Below, piece by piece: positions 46,948 to 60,379 of a DNA stretch of 64,000 nucleotides. Below the pieces are notes generated by a model that was not told the DNA's origin, ran no database searches, and saw only the letters and a list, made by a program, of their open reading frames with translations. Each line of letters starts with the position of its first letter. Positions within the stretch are counted from its first letter, which is position 1. The translations under genes were made by a program, and so were the position numbers. The stretch is from Selaginella moellendorffii (taxonomy: Eukaryota > Plantae > Lycopodiophyta), in the NCBI RefSeq assembly GCF_000143415.4, contig NW_003314317.1:809533-873532 (forward strand), given 5' to 3'.

Positions 46948-49011
46948 ATGGCTTCTTCTTCTTCGTTTGCTTTCTCTTCTTCGTCTTCTCTGCTAGAACT
47001 TGTAGCAACTATCCTGCTTGGTTTCCTCTTCACCTCTTCCATCGGCAACCACATCTCTCCCGGCCTGGAAACGCTCGTTAGCTTCACCTTCGATCCTCCC
47101 TTCACCAACAATCGTTACCTCAACGTGGAAGGAAACGCGTCCAAGACGACCGAGGACGTCGAGCTCACCACGAACTCGGTGGATGTTGTCATCGGCAACA
47201 GCGCTGGCAGGGCCTACTACGTCGATCCCATCCAGTTTCTCGACCCCGACGACAGCTCCACCTGCGTCTCCTTCAGCTCCATCTTCACTTTCAAGCTCGT
47301 CCAGTTCAACAACTCGTCCTATCGTCCCGGAGATGGAATGGCCTTCATGATCGTCTCGGATCCACAGTTGCCGCTTAACAGCGCCGGAGCTTATCTCGGT
47401 CTCACAAACGCCTCCCTGGATGGAGACTCCAGGAACCATTTCCTGGCCGTGGAGTTCGACACCTTTCAGGACAGCAGCGCTGGAGATCCCGCACGCGACC
47501 ATATTGGAGTGAACATAAATGGCATCCGGTCAGTCGATGTCTTCAAACTGGAAGGTGAACTCACAAACCTTCTTCGTAGCAATTCCACGCTCACTGCTTG
47601 GGTTGAGTATGAAAGCTCGCAGCAGCTGCTTGAAATCAGAGTCAGCACTCTGTCTCAGAGACCACGTCTTCCCCTCCTGAAATACCAGGTAGAACTCGCA
47701 GGAATTGTCCAAGAAAAAATGTACGTCGGCTTCTCTGCAGCCACAAGCCTCAATTACGAGCTTCACAAGATCCTGACATGGAAATTCTCGACTTACATAA
47801 ACAGCAGCGCAACCAACGGCAGCACGGATCCAAATTCTGCGTATCTGCCGGAGAACAAATCGACAGGATGCAACAAGTGGATCTGCAAGAAAATGGCCAT
47901 CATCCTTTTACCATCCATAGGTCTGCTTTTCCTCGCTACGGTAGTGCTGCTCTTTTGTTTCTGGATATCAAACGGTAAGCCGAGTAAGAACTTCACAAGC
48001 TTGCCGTCAACAGTACAGTACTTCACCTTGAAGCAGCTGAGTGCAGCTACAAGAAGCTTCAGCAGGAAAGAAATGATCGGAAGCGGTGGCTTCGGCAAAG
48101 TCTACAAAGGCATTCTTCCCAAAGATGGCACTCTCGTTGCGGTGAAACTGCTCTCGGAGGCTTCGCTGCAGAGCGAGAGGCAATTCCTAGCAGAATTATC
48201 TGTGATCGGAAGGCTGCAACACAGAAACCTGGTGAGCCTCAAAGGGTGGTGTCATGACAAGGGGAAGCTCTTACTTGTTTACGAGTTCATGCCGAATGGA
48301 AGCCTCGACAAGCACCTGTTTTCAGCCGACATAACTCTTCTTTGGCAGCAGCGTTTCCACATTCTCAAAGGCGTTGGTGAAGCTCTCACTTTCCTACACG
48401 ATGGATGGGAGCAACGAGTGATTCACAGGGACGTCAAAGCCGCAAACGTGCTCTTGGACAGCAAGTTCACGGCAAGGCTGGGGGACTTCGGTCTGGCTCG
48501 GCTCATGGAACACAGCAGAGGTCCGCAAACAATGACAAAGGCTGGAACGACAGGCTACATAGCTCCGGAGCTGGCTTACACCGGGAGAGCCACCGAGAAG
48601 TCAGATGTGTACAGTTTCGGAATTCTTGCATTGGAAGTGGTGTCTGGACGACGAGCACTCGACTTAGACTTTGAGTTCGACAAAGAAGGAGTCTTGCTGC
48701 TTGACTGGATATGGCAAATGCACGAGAGGGGGAGACTGATGGAGGTGGTGGACGCGAAGCTACAGGATGACTTCGACGTAGAACAGGTGACCGTGGTGCT
48801 TTACATGGCTTTGCAGTGCTGCCATCCGGATGCAAACGACAGACCGACCATGCGCAAGTGTTGCCAAATGCTTACCGGCGATGCTGCCCCTCTAACTCCT
48901 CACGCCTCAAGGCCTATGACTCTGTATTACTATCCGGACACGCCAGTAATCCCTTCCAGCTGCTCAACCTCAGAGTACCCGTTCAGCTCCTCACAACAGC
49001 AACCCCTGTAA
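46948..49011 (+). CDS. L-type lectin receptor-like kinase
   Basis: Signal peptide, legume lectin (GDGMAF, LAVEFDT, HIGVN, YVGFSAAT), TM helix, kinase (GSGGFG, HRDVKAANV, GDFG, APE). Confidence 0.96.
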   Translation: MASSSSFAFSSSSSLLELVATILLGFLFTSSIGNHISPGLETLVSFTFDPPFTNNRYLNVEGNASKTTEDVELTTNSVDVVIGNSAGRAYYVDPIQFLDPDDSSTCVSFSSIFTFKLVQFNNSSYRPGDGMAFMIVSDPQLPLNSAGAYLGLTNASLDGDSRNHFLAVEFDTFQDSSAGDPARDHIGVNINGIRSVDVFKLEGELTNLLRSNSTLTAWVEYESSQQLLEIRVSTLSQRPRLPLLKYQVELAGIVQEKMYVGFSAATSLNYELHKILTWKFSTYINSSATNGSTDPNSAYLPENKSTGCNKWICKKMAIILLPSIGLLFLATVVLLFCFWISNGKPSKNFTSLPSTVQYFTLKQLSAATRSFSRKEMIGSGGFGKVYKGILPKDGTLVAVKLLSEASLQSERQFLAELSVIGRLQHRNLVSLKGWCHDKGKLLLVYEFMPNGSLDKHLFSADITLLWQQRFHILKGVGEALTFLHDGWEQRVIHRDVKAANVLLDSKFTARLGDFGLARLMEHSRGPQTMTKAGTTGYIAPELAYTGRATEKSDVYSFGILALEVVSGRRALDLDFEFDKEGVLLLDWIWQMHERGRLMEVVDAKLQDDFDVEQVTVVLYMALQCCHPDANDRPTMRKCCQMLTGDAAPLTPHASRPMTLYYYPDTPVIPSSCSTSEYPFSSSQQQPL

Positions 49012-49218
49012 AAACTCGATCAAGCAAGCTGTCAAAACGAAAGATATCAAAGAAGTTACCTTGTAGAGAAAGCCAGTGATGATAAGTCCAAAGCTAAGTC
49101 ACAAATACAAAAGCAGAAATAGAAAAAACATCGACCAATGATTACGTACCAAAAACGTCTGATTTATATAGGGTGTTTTAGAGCATTTCTGACCATTGCT
49201 CTTTCTCCGAGAAGAGGG

Positions 49219-51162
49219 ATGAGGAAAGATACTTTGCTGTTCGCCGCATTAGCCATTATCTCAGTGAGATGCTCGCTTGCAGGTGAAGCGATTAGTTTCG
49301 ATCTGCGACCATCATTCAAACAGAGTCAAGCTCTTCTTATACAAGGACAAGCTAGAGCCACAAATGAAAGTTTGGAGCTTACCGGAGCGTTCGATTCCTC
49401 CATCATAAACGCTGGCCGGGTCTTCTATGCTTTGCCTATCAGGTTCGTCCACCAGTCTGGCAAAAACATCCGGATCTCCTCATTCAACACCGTCTTTGAG
49501 TTCCAAGTAAACAGTGCTCTGGACCGCTCCAACTGTAAACAAGGCGACGGGTTTGCCTTCGTTGCTGCAGCGAGCGCTAGCAGCCCACCCAATGGAAGCG
49601 ATGCTGGATATCTCGGCCTGATGAACTCTTCCACTGCCGGTAATGCATCCAACCATCTGTTTGCTGTAGAGTTTGACAGCGTCCAGAACGTTGAGTTTGC
49701 CGATCCACCATGGAGTCACGTCGGTGTGAATGTTAACAGCATGATCTCGCTTGAAACAGCCCGTTGGGAACGCCCTTCCTTTCCACCATTCAAGACCGCA
49801 AACTCCAAAGCGTGGATAGACTATGATGCTTCAACTGATGTGTTGCAGGTCCGTGTTTCGAATGAAAACATCGGGGTCAAGCCAGCAAACGCGCTTCTCG
49901 CGGTATCGGGGCTCCAACTATCTGAGGTTTTCCACAGGAGTATGTTCATTGGCTTTTCCGCCTCTTCTGGCTCCTGCAACGACAGCCACGAGATCATGAG
50001 ATGGCAATTCGACTCAAACTACAAAAATCACCGATCGTCACCTCCGTCTCGGCATCGAGATTCAAAGTCGAAGACGGCAGCTCTTGGCTTTGCTAGCCAA
50101 ATCTATCCCGTGCTTGGCATAGCACTAGTAGCCGTGGGACTCGCGTCGCTTTGGTACGTATGCCTGGGAAAACCGATCTTGAAGAGCTTTCATCGAAATG
50201 GATGCAAACTGTTAGCTCACTTTAGCTATGACGATATCAGCCGAGCTACCGGGAGATTTGACGAGAGACTTGTCCTTGGCCGTGGAGCATTTGGAACAGT
50301 GTACAAAGCCGAGTTTAAAGGCCCGACGACTGTCGCAGTGAAGATCTTGGCGCAAACCGGTTTGGAAGTCGAGCACCAGTTCCTGGCGGAGCTCTCCACA
50401 CTGGGAAAGATCAAACACCCGAACTTAGTCGATCTCCAAGGTTGGTGTCACTCTAGAGGAAAGCTCATGCTAGTCTACGAGTACTTACCGAATGGAAGCT
50501 TGGACAGACACCTTTTCTCCGAGAGCGAAAAGTTCCTCTCATGGGAGAGAAGGTCCCAGATCATCCATGGAGTCGCGGAAGCCATCAAGTTTCTCCACCA
50601 GGGACACGAGGAATGCATCCTCCACAGAGATATCAAGGCCGCAAACGTTCTTCTCGACAAGAACTTCAAGGCCAAGCTCGGGGATTTCGGCCTGGCAAGG
50701 CTCTTCGATCACACCGACCAGGGAGTCCTCCAGACGATGACGAGAGTTGGGACGGCCGGCTACATCGCTCCAGAGCTCGCGTTCGCGGGCAAGGCCACGG
50801 AGAAATCCGACGTCTACAGCTTTGGCGTCTTGATCCTGGAGATTGTCACGGGGCGGCGAACGATCTCCCTCGCCTGCTCGAAAACGCTCATCGATCGAGT
50901 GTGGGGGATGCAAGAGAGCAATGCGCTGCTGGAGATTGTCGACGAGAGGATGCGGTCGAGCTACAATCCGGACGAGGCGAGAATGCTGCTCCATCTGGGG
51001 CTCACCTGCTGTAGCATGGACGCGGACGAGCGCCCGACGATGGGCGAGTGCTGTAAGATCCTTGGCGGCGAGATGCCGGCCCCCGATCCCCCCGCCGCGC
51101 AGCCGCTAGCGGCGCTCTGCAGCTACTATCGTAAGATGACTACTCGCGAGCAAGAACCCTAA
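49219..51162 (+). CDS. L-type lectin receptor-like kinase (tandem paralog)
   Basis: Signal peptide from [56 protein letters not shown]. Confidence 0.96.
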   Translation: MRKDTLLFAALAIISVRCSLAGEAISFDLRPSFKQSQALLIQGQARATNESLELTGAFDSSIINAGRVFYALPIRFVHQSGKNIRISSFNTVFEFQVNSALDRSNCKQGDGFAFVAAASASSPPNGSDAGYLGLMNSSTAGNASNHLFAVEFDSVQNVEFADPPWSHVGVNVNSMISLETARWERPSFPPFKTANSKAWIDYDASTDVLQVRVSNENIGVKPANALLAVSGLQLSEVFHRSMFIGFSASSGSCNDSHEIMRWQFDSNYKNHRSSPPSRHRDSKSKTAALGFASQIYPVLGIALVAVGLASLWYVCLGKPILKSFHRNGCKLLAHFSYDDISRATGRFDERLVLGRGAFGTVYKAEFKGPTTVAVKILAQTGLEVEHQFLAELSTLGKIKHPNLVDLQGWCHSRGKLMLVYEYLPNGSLDRHLFSESEKFLSWERRSQIIHGVAEAIKFLHQGHEECILHRDIKAANVLLDKNFKAKLGDFGLARLFDHTDQGVLQTMTRVGTAGYIAPELAFAGKATEKSDVYSFGVLILEIVTGRRTISLACSKTLIDRVWGMQESNALLEIVDERMRSSYNPDEARMLLHLGLTCCSMDADERPTMGECCKILGGEMPAPDPPAAQPLAALCSYYRKMTTREQEP

Positions 51163-52533
51163 AACCATGTTTCCAGACCTAAAAATCTTACTTTTTTTTC
51201 TCCATCACCTTTTGGCTAAATTTTGAGTTATGCCTTTAAAGTTTTGATAATTTCCATTTATTATCTTTAAAAAATCACCTTAAACTGAATCCTTGTTGTA
51301 TTGTTCTTTTTTTTTTCTTAAGAGAAGGAAAAGAAGAAAAACTAAAAGAAAAGTGGTGCTTCTTTAGTTTTGCTAAGTATTGGGGCGTGTTTTGTTGATG
51401 GATGTGTTCTTACCATGGCTGGTGCTGCAAAAGCTCGAGCCTCACTTTTCTACAAGGAAGTCATTCTGTGCTGCCTTTCCTTCAAATAACAGAGTAAACG
51501 TTTCTATTTTGATTTTCATCATGTAGATTTCCGGTATGTCTTTCTTTTCCACAAAGTGTCAGGACCCCAAGACATTTTGTAAATTGTAGGCACGGTTTTG
51601 CAGGTTTCACCAGTGTGTGTTGGAGCTGAAGTCAAGGAGCTCCTGAATCAGCGACGAATGATCTTGTTCTGCTGTAACACCCAAACGCCTCTTTCGGGAC
51701 AGCGATGCATTTAATCCTTTGCGAGCAACGCCCAGCTTTCGCGTGTCCGCTGGAATCCTTTCGTCCTCCTATAGCATCCCAGCTGATGGAGATTATCCAG
51801 AAAAATTAGGGAACCAATAAGTTGGGTTGTCTTGTACATGGGGAGATCATGATCATAGGATTCTTTGATTTCTCGAAAGCTAAATCAAACATCTCCCTCC
51901 AAGACGTCCCAATCTATTTGTTCCCAAGGTAAGAAGGGTACAAAGGGATCTTATTTTTTGAAGCTACTACAAGCAACAATCCTTTCATGCTTGGAACTGA
52001 CATGGAATTATGGAGGTGGCAAGCAAATGCTCTGGGCATAGCGAGCATTTTGGCAAAGTATCAATCACGTGTTTGAGACTCATAAAAGAAAAAGTATAAA
52101 AACCTTTCTCGTTGAAAATAGTAGTACCACAGTCTAGAAATCATGATATACGGAAAAAAATTTCAAGTCTTGCAGAGAATCATCTTTTTTGGTCTGAAAT
52201 CTGTGATTCATCCAGGCAATGATCATCCAGGCATTAACATGTCTAGAGCCCACGTGAAAAATATGGCTGCCGCAGAGGAGAATATGGAAAGAATCAAGAA
52301 AGGAGTCCTGCCGGTGATCTCCATTCTTCTATTGCTAGTTCTTTCTTCAAATCTTAATTCCTTGAAAAGAAAATCAAACCGGAGCGAGAGCGTGAGGGGG
52401 ACATCACAGCCCACCGCCATAAACCATGGCTGGGGCATGAGATTAAAGAAAAGCTTTGGGATCTTTGGCCAAAGCGCGATAAACTTTAGCAGGGGATACA
52501 TATTTTGGACGAGCTAGAAGTTAAGACTGCTGC

Positions 52534-53042
52534 TTAGTCGCATCTGGGATATCGAAACCGGCTGAGGCCACAATCACTGGGAGCTCGCTCGTAGCGCCCG
52601 CGGAGGTTCCGATCCACGCGACAGATGCACCGGGCGTCCACTCTGCTCGTCGCCTGGCAGCACAAACCTCCCGGCCGGGCTCGGTTGAATCGGGCGTACT
52701 CGCGGCACGCATCCACGAAGTCCTGGCAATCCAATCGATCGCCCCGGCCGCCCCCTCCAAATCCCCCTTCAAAAAACAAAGAAATCAACGTCCAAGAACA
52801 AGCGTGAGTTCTTCCGTACCGCCGCCGCCGCCCCCGCCAGGTCCACCACCGAATCCACCGCCCCCGCCAGGTCCACCACCGAATCCACCGCCTCCACCAG
52901 GTCCACCACCACCTCCACCAGGCCCGCCACCGAACCCACCGCCTCCGCCACCGCCCCCGCGCCCAAAACCAGGCTGAGCTTGGGCGAGATCGAAAATCAC
53001 AGCTAACAAAACTATAGCAAGAACAAGAAGAGAGTTCCTCAT
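52534..53042 (-). CDS. Secreted glycine-rich protein with C-terminal eight-cysteine (nsLTP/prolamin-like) domain; exons 53042-52820 and 52766-52534, 151 aa
   Basis: Signal peptide MRNSLLVLAIVLLAVIFDLAQA, (GGFGGGPGGG)n, 53-bp GT-AG intron in phase, then C-x6-C-x14-CC-x9-CxC-x16-C-x9-C. Confidence 0.88.
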
Positions 53043-53199
53043 AGTTGACATGCTTGATCGACTTGATGCCACTCCAATCCAAGAGAGGATGTCTTTTGTA
53101 GGCTGGAGATTTTCGGCGACCATTAATGCTGCCCACCCATCTTTGTTGACAAGAAAGGTGGCGAGCAGTAGCGTTACAGAGTCCACAGGCCGGCCATTC

Positions 53200-54660
53200 A
53201 ATCTCGAGCTTATCACCTCGGAGAATATCCTCCTCTTGCGATTTTGTTTAGCACTTATTAGCTCCCGCGCCCTTTGGATGATCCTCGAGAGCTCAGAGCC
53301 AGCGCCGCCATTCTTGCCACAAGAAGAGAGACTGCTGCGCTCCAGAGGAGAGACAACGGGGCTGCGAGCGACGGTGGAGTATGGATTGAACAGACTCTCG
53401 CAGAAGGAGGTAGAGCTCTTGGCCACTAGAAAGATTTAGAAACCAGCATGGGGAGAGAGAAAGCTCACGTACCTCTGCCATTGCCTTGATTTTCAAGGCC
53501 GGGTCGCTCGTCAGCAGTACCACTCTCCCTTCCACAACGCTTCTCTCGAAGAGCAGCGCACAGTCTAGGACGTGGTCGTCGTTCGTAGGAGAGAGTAAAT
53601 CCACGGCATATGGGAGGAAGTTCTCGGCCACGGATGGAGAGACCGGAGGAGTCATGCCCATTGGTTTCATCTCGTTGCTTTTCTGCACGTGTATCCACCA
53701 TGGCTTTTTCACCATGCACTCCTCTATCCAGCGCAATGACCTCCCGTGTCTCTCTCAAACCTTCCAGTTTCAAAAGAGAGTTGAAGCCATCTTCGTCCAG
53801 GAAACAGCTTGTATCCACAATAACATGCTATTGTTTCTTCCTGGTAACCTCGTCAGCCTCCTTCTCTGTTACCTGGAGAACGAGCCAGACATTAAACTTG
53901 CGGGTTTAAAGCTCATGGAAAGAGGCCTTACCCAGTGACGATGAGCGTAATAGTCTTTGAGACTGTCTTTATCGGAGCTCGTTGAGTAAGGTGCTGGCGG
54001 GAAAACGGGCTTGTAGTCGTGTTAAACACTCAGGTGACGGCAGAAAAAAGAGCTCCCCGTGACACCACGGAGTTGGATGCATCCACCTCAGGGTTTGCAA
54101 CTAGAGGTTTCCTTGTCTGATACGTAACCGTCTTCAGCTCCGATACAGGGTGCAGAAGCCTCTGTTTTTGTGACAAGGCTTGGCAGCTCGAGTTTGACAC
54201 CACGCCTAAGCCAGAGCTTCGAAGGAGACTGTTCCGGCTCCGGAGATCTTCTTTCCAGCCGGAGACATTCGCAGAGCTGTGAACTTCACTGACAGAGGAG
54301 AAACCACTCCCGGGGTGGTGAGCCCGATCTTCCATTGAATGCAAATGAAAAACCAAAGCTGACCTGTTTACGTGAGTTACTGCTTTCCAGCCGCAAGATG
54401 CTGTGGAACACCTCATCCAGACCCTTGGCGACTAGGAGTGCATTCGAACTGAGCTACTCTCTGGACAAGTATCTTATCCCAGCTCGTCCTAAGGGACATG
54501 CACTCAGGTAAGCTTTTTAAAATCTGACTAGGTACAAGGCTGATAAAAAATCTAACGGTTCATACTCAATGGGGAGCCTCTGCTCCCTCTCAACTCGGCC
54601 ACGATGGAGGAAGATCGAAAGTTTGAGGTGGGAGCATCGAACCGTTTATGGTCAAGCTCT
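53200..54660 (-). pseudogene. PS1: PARALLEL SPINDLE 1-like PIN-domain pseudogene (5'-truncated)
   Basis: HVIVDTSCFLD..LEGLRET, WIEECMVKKPWWIHVQ, TPPVSP, SPTNDDHVLDCALLF, VVLLTSDPALKIKAMAE, FCESLFNPYS match the recalled PS1 PINc region. A conserved W is TAG, there is a deletion/frameshift, and no FHA domain is present. Confidence 0.8.
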
Positions 54661-56853
54661 GCCACAACATGGTGCACCAAAGTCAAAATCTTGAGTGTTT
54701 TTCTTTAGAAAGATTTTTATCTAGCATTAATGTTATATCATTTAAAAGTTCTTTAAAAAATAATAACATTATTATAGATAATTTAGAAATTCTTGTTTTG
54801 CTTGTTATTTCTATGTATTAATATAATTGATCAAATAAAATTTTATAATTATAAACACAAGATTGAGATGGTAGAATAAACTAGAATATACTAGGAAGTG
54901 TTAAAGTTAAACATATTTATTAATTTATAACTAAAAAATTAATCTAAATGAATAACAACTGTTAGATGGAAAATATTCTAGTGTATTTTACTACCCCTTC
55001 AGGTTTTCTTAAGAAAAGCAAAACTACCCATCCTAGCTGTTGGAAAGAGATTGAGAATTTTTTAAGGAGATTAAATGATTTTATCAACTATTAGATAAAT
55101 AATGGCACAGTAAATTATTAATAATAAATAAATAAAATTTTGATTATTATATAATATTTTACAAGATTTATTAATAATTTATGTTGTTAGTATTTTTCCT
55201 AATTGTGGATATAGTCAAGGGATTGATGAATAAATATTAATTCACAATTAAAATTGCATGATATCTTTTCTCATTTCTGGTGTATGAAATCTCAGCTATA
55301 TTTTTTAATTCATTTCATCAACATCTTTTTTGATTTCTGGTGCAGCTATATTTTCTTATTGGTAAACTATCATTAGACTTGTAGCTAGTATTGCAAGCAT
55401 TTCTTTATTAAAATATCAACCCAAGAATTTGGCACTCGATTTATAGTGATTCATTTATGGTGTTGTGGTATTAGAATCATCCCAAGATGCTTGTGCTTAC
55501 ATTCTCAATTTTATTATGTTATGGTCCATCTAGCAAGTAGCTTATAACTGGCACTCACTATCTTTGTTAAAATCTTTGAATAGTTTGAGTAGACATTCTA
55601 GACACACCCCTATGCTCTAGGTGACTATTCTTCTTTGATTTTTTATTCTTTACAATTCTTAATTCATAACTAGTGAATGGAGGAGACACTCAAAGTTCCT
55701 CTTTTGGTCTCCAGAGAAGCTTTGTATACTTGACTAGTGTTTTTGCAATTTTTATTTTTTATTTTTGTGGTGATTATAGTAATATTTTTGTTGCTACCTC
55801 TTCTGGCAATCATTGCAATAAAGGAGGAGGAGGGTGGTAGCAGCTGTGACAATAGAAGCAATAAGAGCAAGGGTAAAGGTAAGGAAGGAAATGGATGAGG
55901 GTAGTAATAGTAATAGTGGTGATACAACTACTCCTACCACTTCTAATGGCTATGTTGATGGTGTTGTTGGTGGTGGTGGCAATAGTCTTGTTGTTGTTGT
56001 TGTTATTACCACTTCTAGCAATAACAATGCTAGTGAGGGTGATTATTTCCAGTGCAAGGTGCTTAGAGTAAATAAAAAGTTATAGAGAGACTACAAAATT
56101 TCTTAACTTAAAGGAAATAATAAGTAAGTTTTATATAAACTTTTATTTGTAACCTCTTGAATTTGAACTTTTTGAAAAGTCACACATCCCAGTACTATTC
56201 AAACTAAAAATGTTAAAACCCAAATATCCCAAGACCCTTATCCAATCAGAAAAAAGGGTACACTCTTTTTTATAGGCTCTTTCTTTTTATATTAAACCAA
56301 AATGAATTATCTCTTAAGTTTTTTTAGTTTCTTATATTATTTTAAAGTTTTTTTTTCTTTTTACATAAGCATAAGATGCTCAAAATAAAAGGTTTCCAAA
56401 TGTAGTTCTAATGCAGGGTGTTTGGGGGAGATAAAAAAGCTCTAACACATGGAGTATATAATTCTTTAAATTGAAATAGATAGAGAGTAAATTTAAGTAG
56501 GTTTTGATTTTATTTTTTTGTTTTTGTGTGCGAGATTTTTGAGAGGCTTGTTAATATATCTATAGCAATAGGATCTTGGGAGATAAGGAGTAAGTTTTAA
56601 TTTAATCTTATCTTCTTTTTTATTCTAAGTTTTCCTTATATATATGTGTGTGTATGTGTAAAGCTTTACTAATAAAGCTTTAAGTGTACGATCATTAGAT
56701 TCAGAAGCTTTTATATGCTATAAAAGTTATTTTATTGTATTTTGTATATCAAATAAAATATTTTTATTTTTATTATATTTTTTTATATAGACTAATTCAT
56801 TTGTGCCTTCAAGGCCTTTGAAGCATTTGTGCCTTTTTATTTTTTTCCATTAT

Positions 56854-57935
56854 TGTAATGCATGTGGTTTTCACTCTTTATCCTTTGTGATTTACCATAG
56901 AATAATTATGAAGTGGAACCTAAACCCTCCATATGCCACATGCAAAATGCCATATGTCTAAAGGCAGCAAAGGGGATCCCATGTTTTAGGGCTTTAGGCC
57001 ACTAAATGAGGGGATGAAACCAAACTTCTAAGTATGGAGTCAAAAAGTGAAAGAAGTAAAGTATGAAATGACTCTTAAGCTATAGCCCAAGGAATGAAGG
57101 GACAAAAACATAAAGCAGTATAAAAACAATTTTAGAGCATCTAGTATCCCAACACTATGATCAATATGCAAAATAGAGCCAAATAGAGTTTGGCTTTATT
57201 TTAGCATAACAATGGCCTAACATAAGGATATGGATATTCCACCAATTAACATGAGGCTTGAACCCAAACCAGATGCAAAATAAGGATAGATATACAAACA
57301 AGAGTTAGATTATATCTCAAAATAGTCACCCATGCCCAACTTACCCATTATCCTACTATACATTTGGAAACACACCCCCCCCCCCCCGAAGAACACATGC
57401 TTTGAGCTTTCACCTTAGTCCTAGAAGTTAGTCATTAGGATAATCACAAAAATTTACTAAATACGAAATGGCACTAAATTGCAAATTTGAACAAAAATAA
57501 CACCATTGTGTTTAAGACAATCTATACATTCTATAAATATGCCCAACTAATAGATCTAGATACTTTCTATAAATAGTCAATAGGACCAAACATAACTAAT
57601 ATGTGGGGCATGATAATAAGAGTGTTTAGTAAATACGGTAAACTATTATCTACCGATATTAAAGGATTAGTCTCAATACAGGAAGGTTCTTCTCAAGCCA
57701 ATGCAAAACAGAACAAAAGAGAATTAAAAGCTAGGCTAAATATGCTCAATAATAAATATATAGGAGTTTCTATTTTATGTTTATTTAGCTAAACTAACAC
57801 TTGAACAACAAGAGTTGAAAAGGGAACCAACAATCCTGACCTCCAGTTATCATGGTAGTAAGGAAAGAATATTTGAAAGGACTTGCCAATAAGTAACTTT
57901 CAATAACTGTAATTACATTCGTGACAATTATAACT
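56854..57935 (-). mobile_element. Inverted older copy of the 33913-35045 LTR family
   Basis: TGTAATGCATGTGGTTTT..TTTATCCT..GATTTACCATAG is the reverse complement of the LTR 3' end; colinear internal blocks. Confidence 0.75.
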
Positions 57936-60379
57936 TTATAATGTAGGTTTAAATGCAGATCAATTTCAAGCATTTTTGCAAAAATTCATATAGATACCCT
58001 TTGCCTTCAGTCAGAAAATGATCCCATTGTAAGATTTCTATAGTTAATGGTTAAGTGAGCTACATAAGTCAGATATCACTATTCTTTATCTGCAATAATA
58101 ATATATATTAAAGAGGCATTGAGCAAGTAAAAGAGATAAGCAAGATACCTTAAAAGATTAAGTTTTTGGATCACCCAACCTAATTATACCAAAACCTTTA
58201 ACTCATTGGAAAAAAGTGCACTCTTATTCATGGGCCCTTTCCCTTTATATTTCAACCTTTATATGGATCATCTCTCAAATTATTTCTTTTGGTTGCTTAT
58301 AAATATATATATAAAGCTAGTCACAAAATTATATTAAATTTTAAGGTGGAACCATAATCCAATGCAATCCCCTAGTGACAATTATTAAGCTTGTCCTATA
58401 AAGTTAGAAACTTAATCTTGGAGAAATATTTTACCTTAATTAGAAAATCACCTCATAAAAATGAGTCATAGTGATACTTACTCATCTCCATCATATCTCC
58501 CTAATAATAAAAAAGAAAATGTAGTAATTTTTAATAAAACACTTACTGGAGAAGATATCAACAGACATATGACCAATTATTGTGGTTCATTTTCTTAATA
58601 GCATACAATATAGTTCTTTATGTGAAGTAGTCAATTTCATGACACAGCTAGCCTTGCATAAGAAAAGTATGAAAGGCACAATATAATAATATATCATCAT
58701 AGGACAAATTTGTGTAAGGGAAAAGTAAAGTTTTCATTTTATTTTATCTTTTCTTTAAATCCTCAATCACCAACAAGACCTTCCCATTGGTGGCACCAAA
58801 GTATATCAGTGTCTAGATCAACTTTGCTAACAGCAAGTGCAAGTCATGCTCCTCTGGCCAAGTGTACACGTGAAGACCAGTTCTTAGGCAGAGACTGATA
58901 AAGGGTCCAACAATACTGATCTTTAGCCATCATGGCAGTAACAAAAGAATATTTGAAAAGACTCATCAATAGGTTTTGATCACAGTCTTTTGAACACATA
59001 GGGACAAAAGTGGCAATTGACCCATATCATAAATCACCAGCGGTTAGGGTTGTTGATATCTTTGATAATTATAGTCATTATTACCCACATGTAATAAAGC
59101 TGAACACAACACATTATTACTATATATGTATGTTAGGCAAGTGAGTGAAAACTTGGTGTATTGAAGAGAGCAAAAGGCTACATACATTCTTGGCTGTCTA
59201 CAGGAACTTTGGTACTTGCAATGTAAAGTGTAAGAAGTGGTGAACAAGTGATGAAAACTTGTTTATGGAGTTATATATTTGTCTAGGTTACGAGGACTTC
59301 TAAGTAGGGATTAATCCATAAAGATAAAATTCTTAAATGTTATTAATAAAAAATTCTTGACCTAATTAGAGAAACTCATTGCACTTATTAGTGTTGGGAA
59401 TCCCTACGATATTGAGTTTAATCCTTTAACATTCATTACATAATAGTTTACTGTATTTATGAGGGGGTTTTAAATGTATAGTAGGGATAGTGGGTAGGTC
59501 AAGCATGGCTGACCAACCTGAGTCACAGTTTAACTCCTGGATATGAGTCATAGTCTAACTCCCTACTTGCATGCCTGTCTTTAAGCAACCAAATAGAACA
59601 ACTTAATAAACAATTCATAAGGGTTCTAATATAGAGGGAATCAATTAAGGGTTTTATAATACTTGGGATTAAGCATCATTAGGTTTAAATAGTATTAGCT
59701 TGAGTGACCTTTCAAGAAATCCAAACTCAAAACTCTACATTTAATATTAAGTTCTACTCTATTGGTTAGTTAAGGGGAATCACACTATATGTTAAGATTG
59801 ACATTGGGCAAGTCCAATTTTTTTCAACTATGGTTGACCTAATGGGTAATGTGTCAAGAGAGCGAGATTCTTTAACTTTATTTTACTTGTTAATCCTAGC
59901 ATTGGGATGTTAAATGCTCTATATTAGGCCACTAGTATGCTAAAATAGTGTCAGACTCCATTTGGCTTTGTTTTGCATGTTACTCCTAGTATTGGGATAT
60001 TAAATGTTCTAGGGCTATTCCAATATGACTTTATACTCTTGCCCCTTTATTAGTTAAATTGTACATTTGGAAGTTATTTTGTGCTCTAGTTGCTTTACTT
60101 CTTAATTGCATGCTCAGGAGTTTGACTTCATCCCTTTGTTCAATGGGACAAGATCTTAAAATTTGGATTTCGCTCTACTACTCTTAGCCCACATGTCCAA
60201 GAGTTTAAGTTCCACTCCCTAGTGACACGAAGAGTTCTTCCATATATAACAGAAAGTGTAATTATAATTATCCTATCATAAATTATTATAAAGTAAAGGG
60301 TGAAAACTATATATGTTACAAGCACGGTTTGTATAAAGGGGTTGGAAGTATTGGTTAGCAAAATCATATTTATGAAGAC

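Noticed and set aside
49138-49218. Upstream ATG extending LecRK2 by 27 aa
   Set aside because: Overlaps a TATA-like motif and precedes a better signal-peptide start at 49219
51600-52510. Minus-strand gene-like remnant (KHERIVAC..LDNLHQLG), perhaps a decayed kinase
   Set aside because: Multiple stops and too few motifs to call
55670-56085. ORFs in GGT/AAT/GTT triplet-rich sequence
   Set aside because: Low-complexity sequence within TE debris
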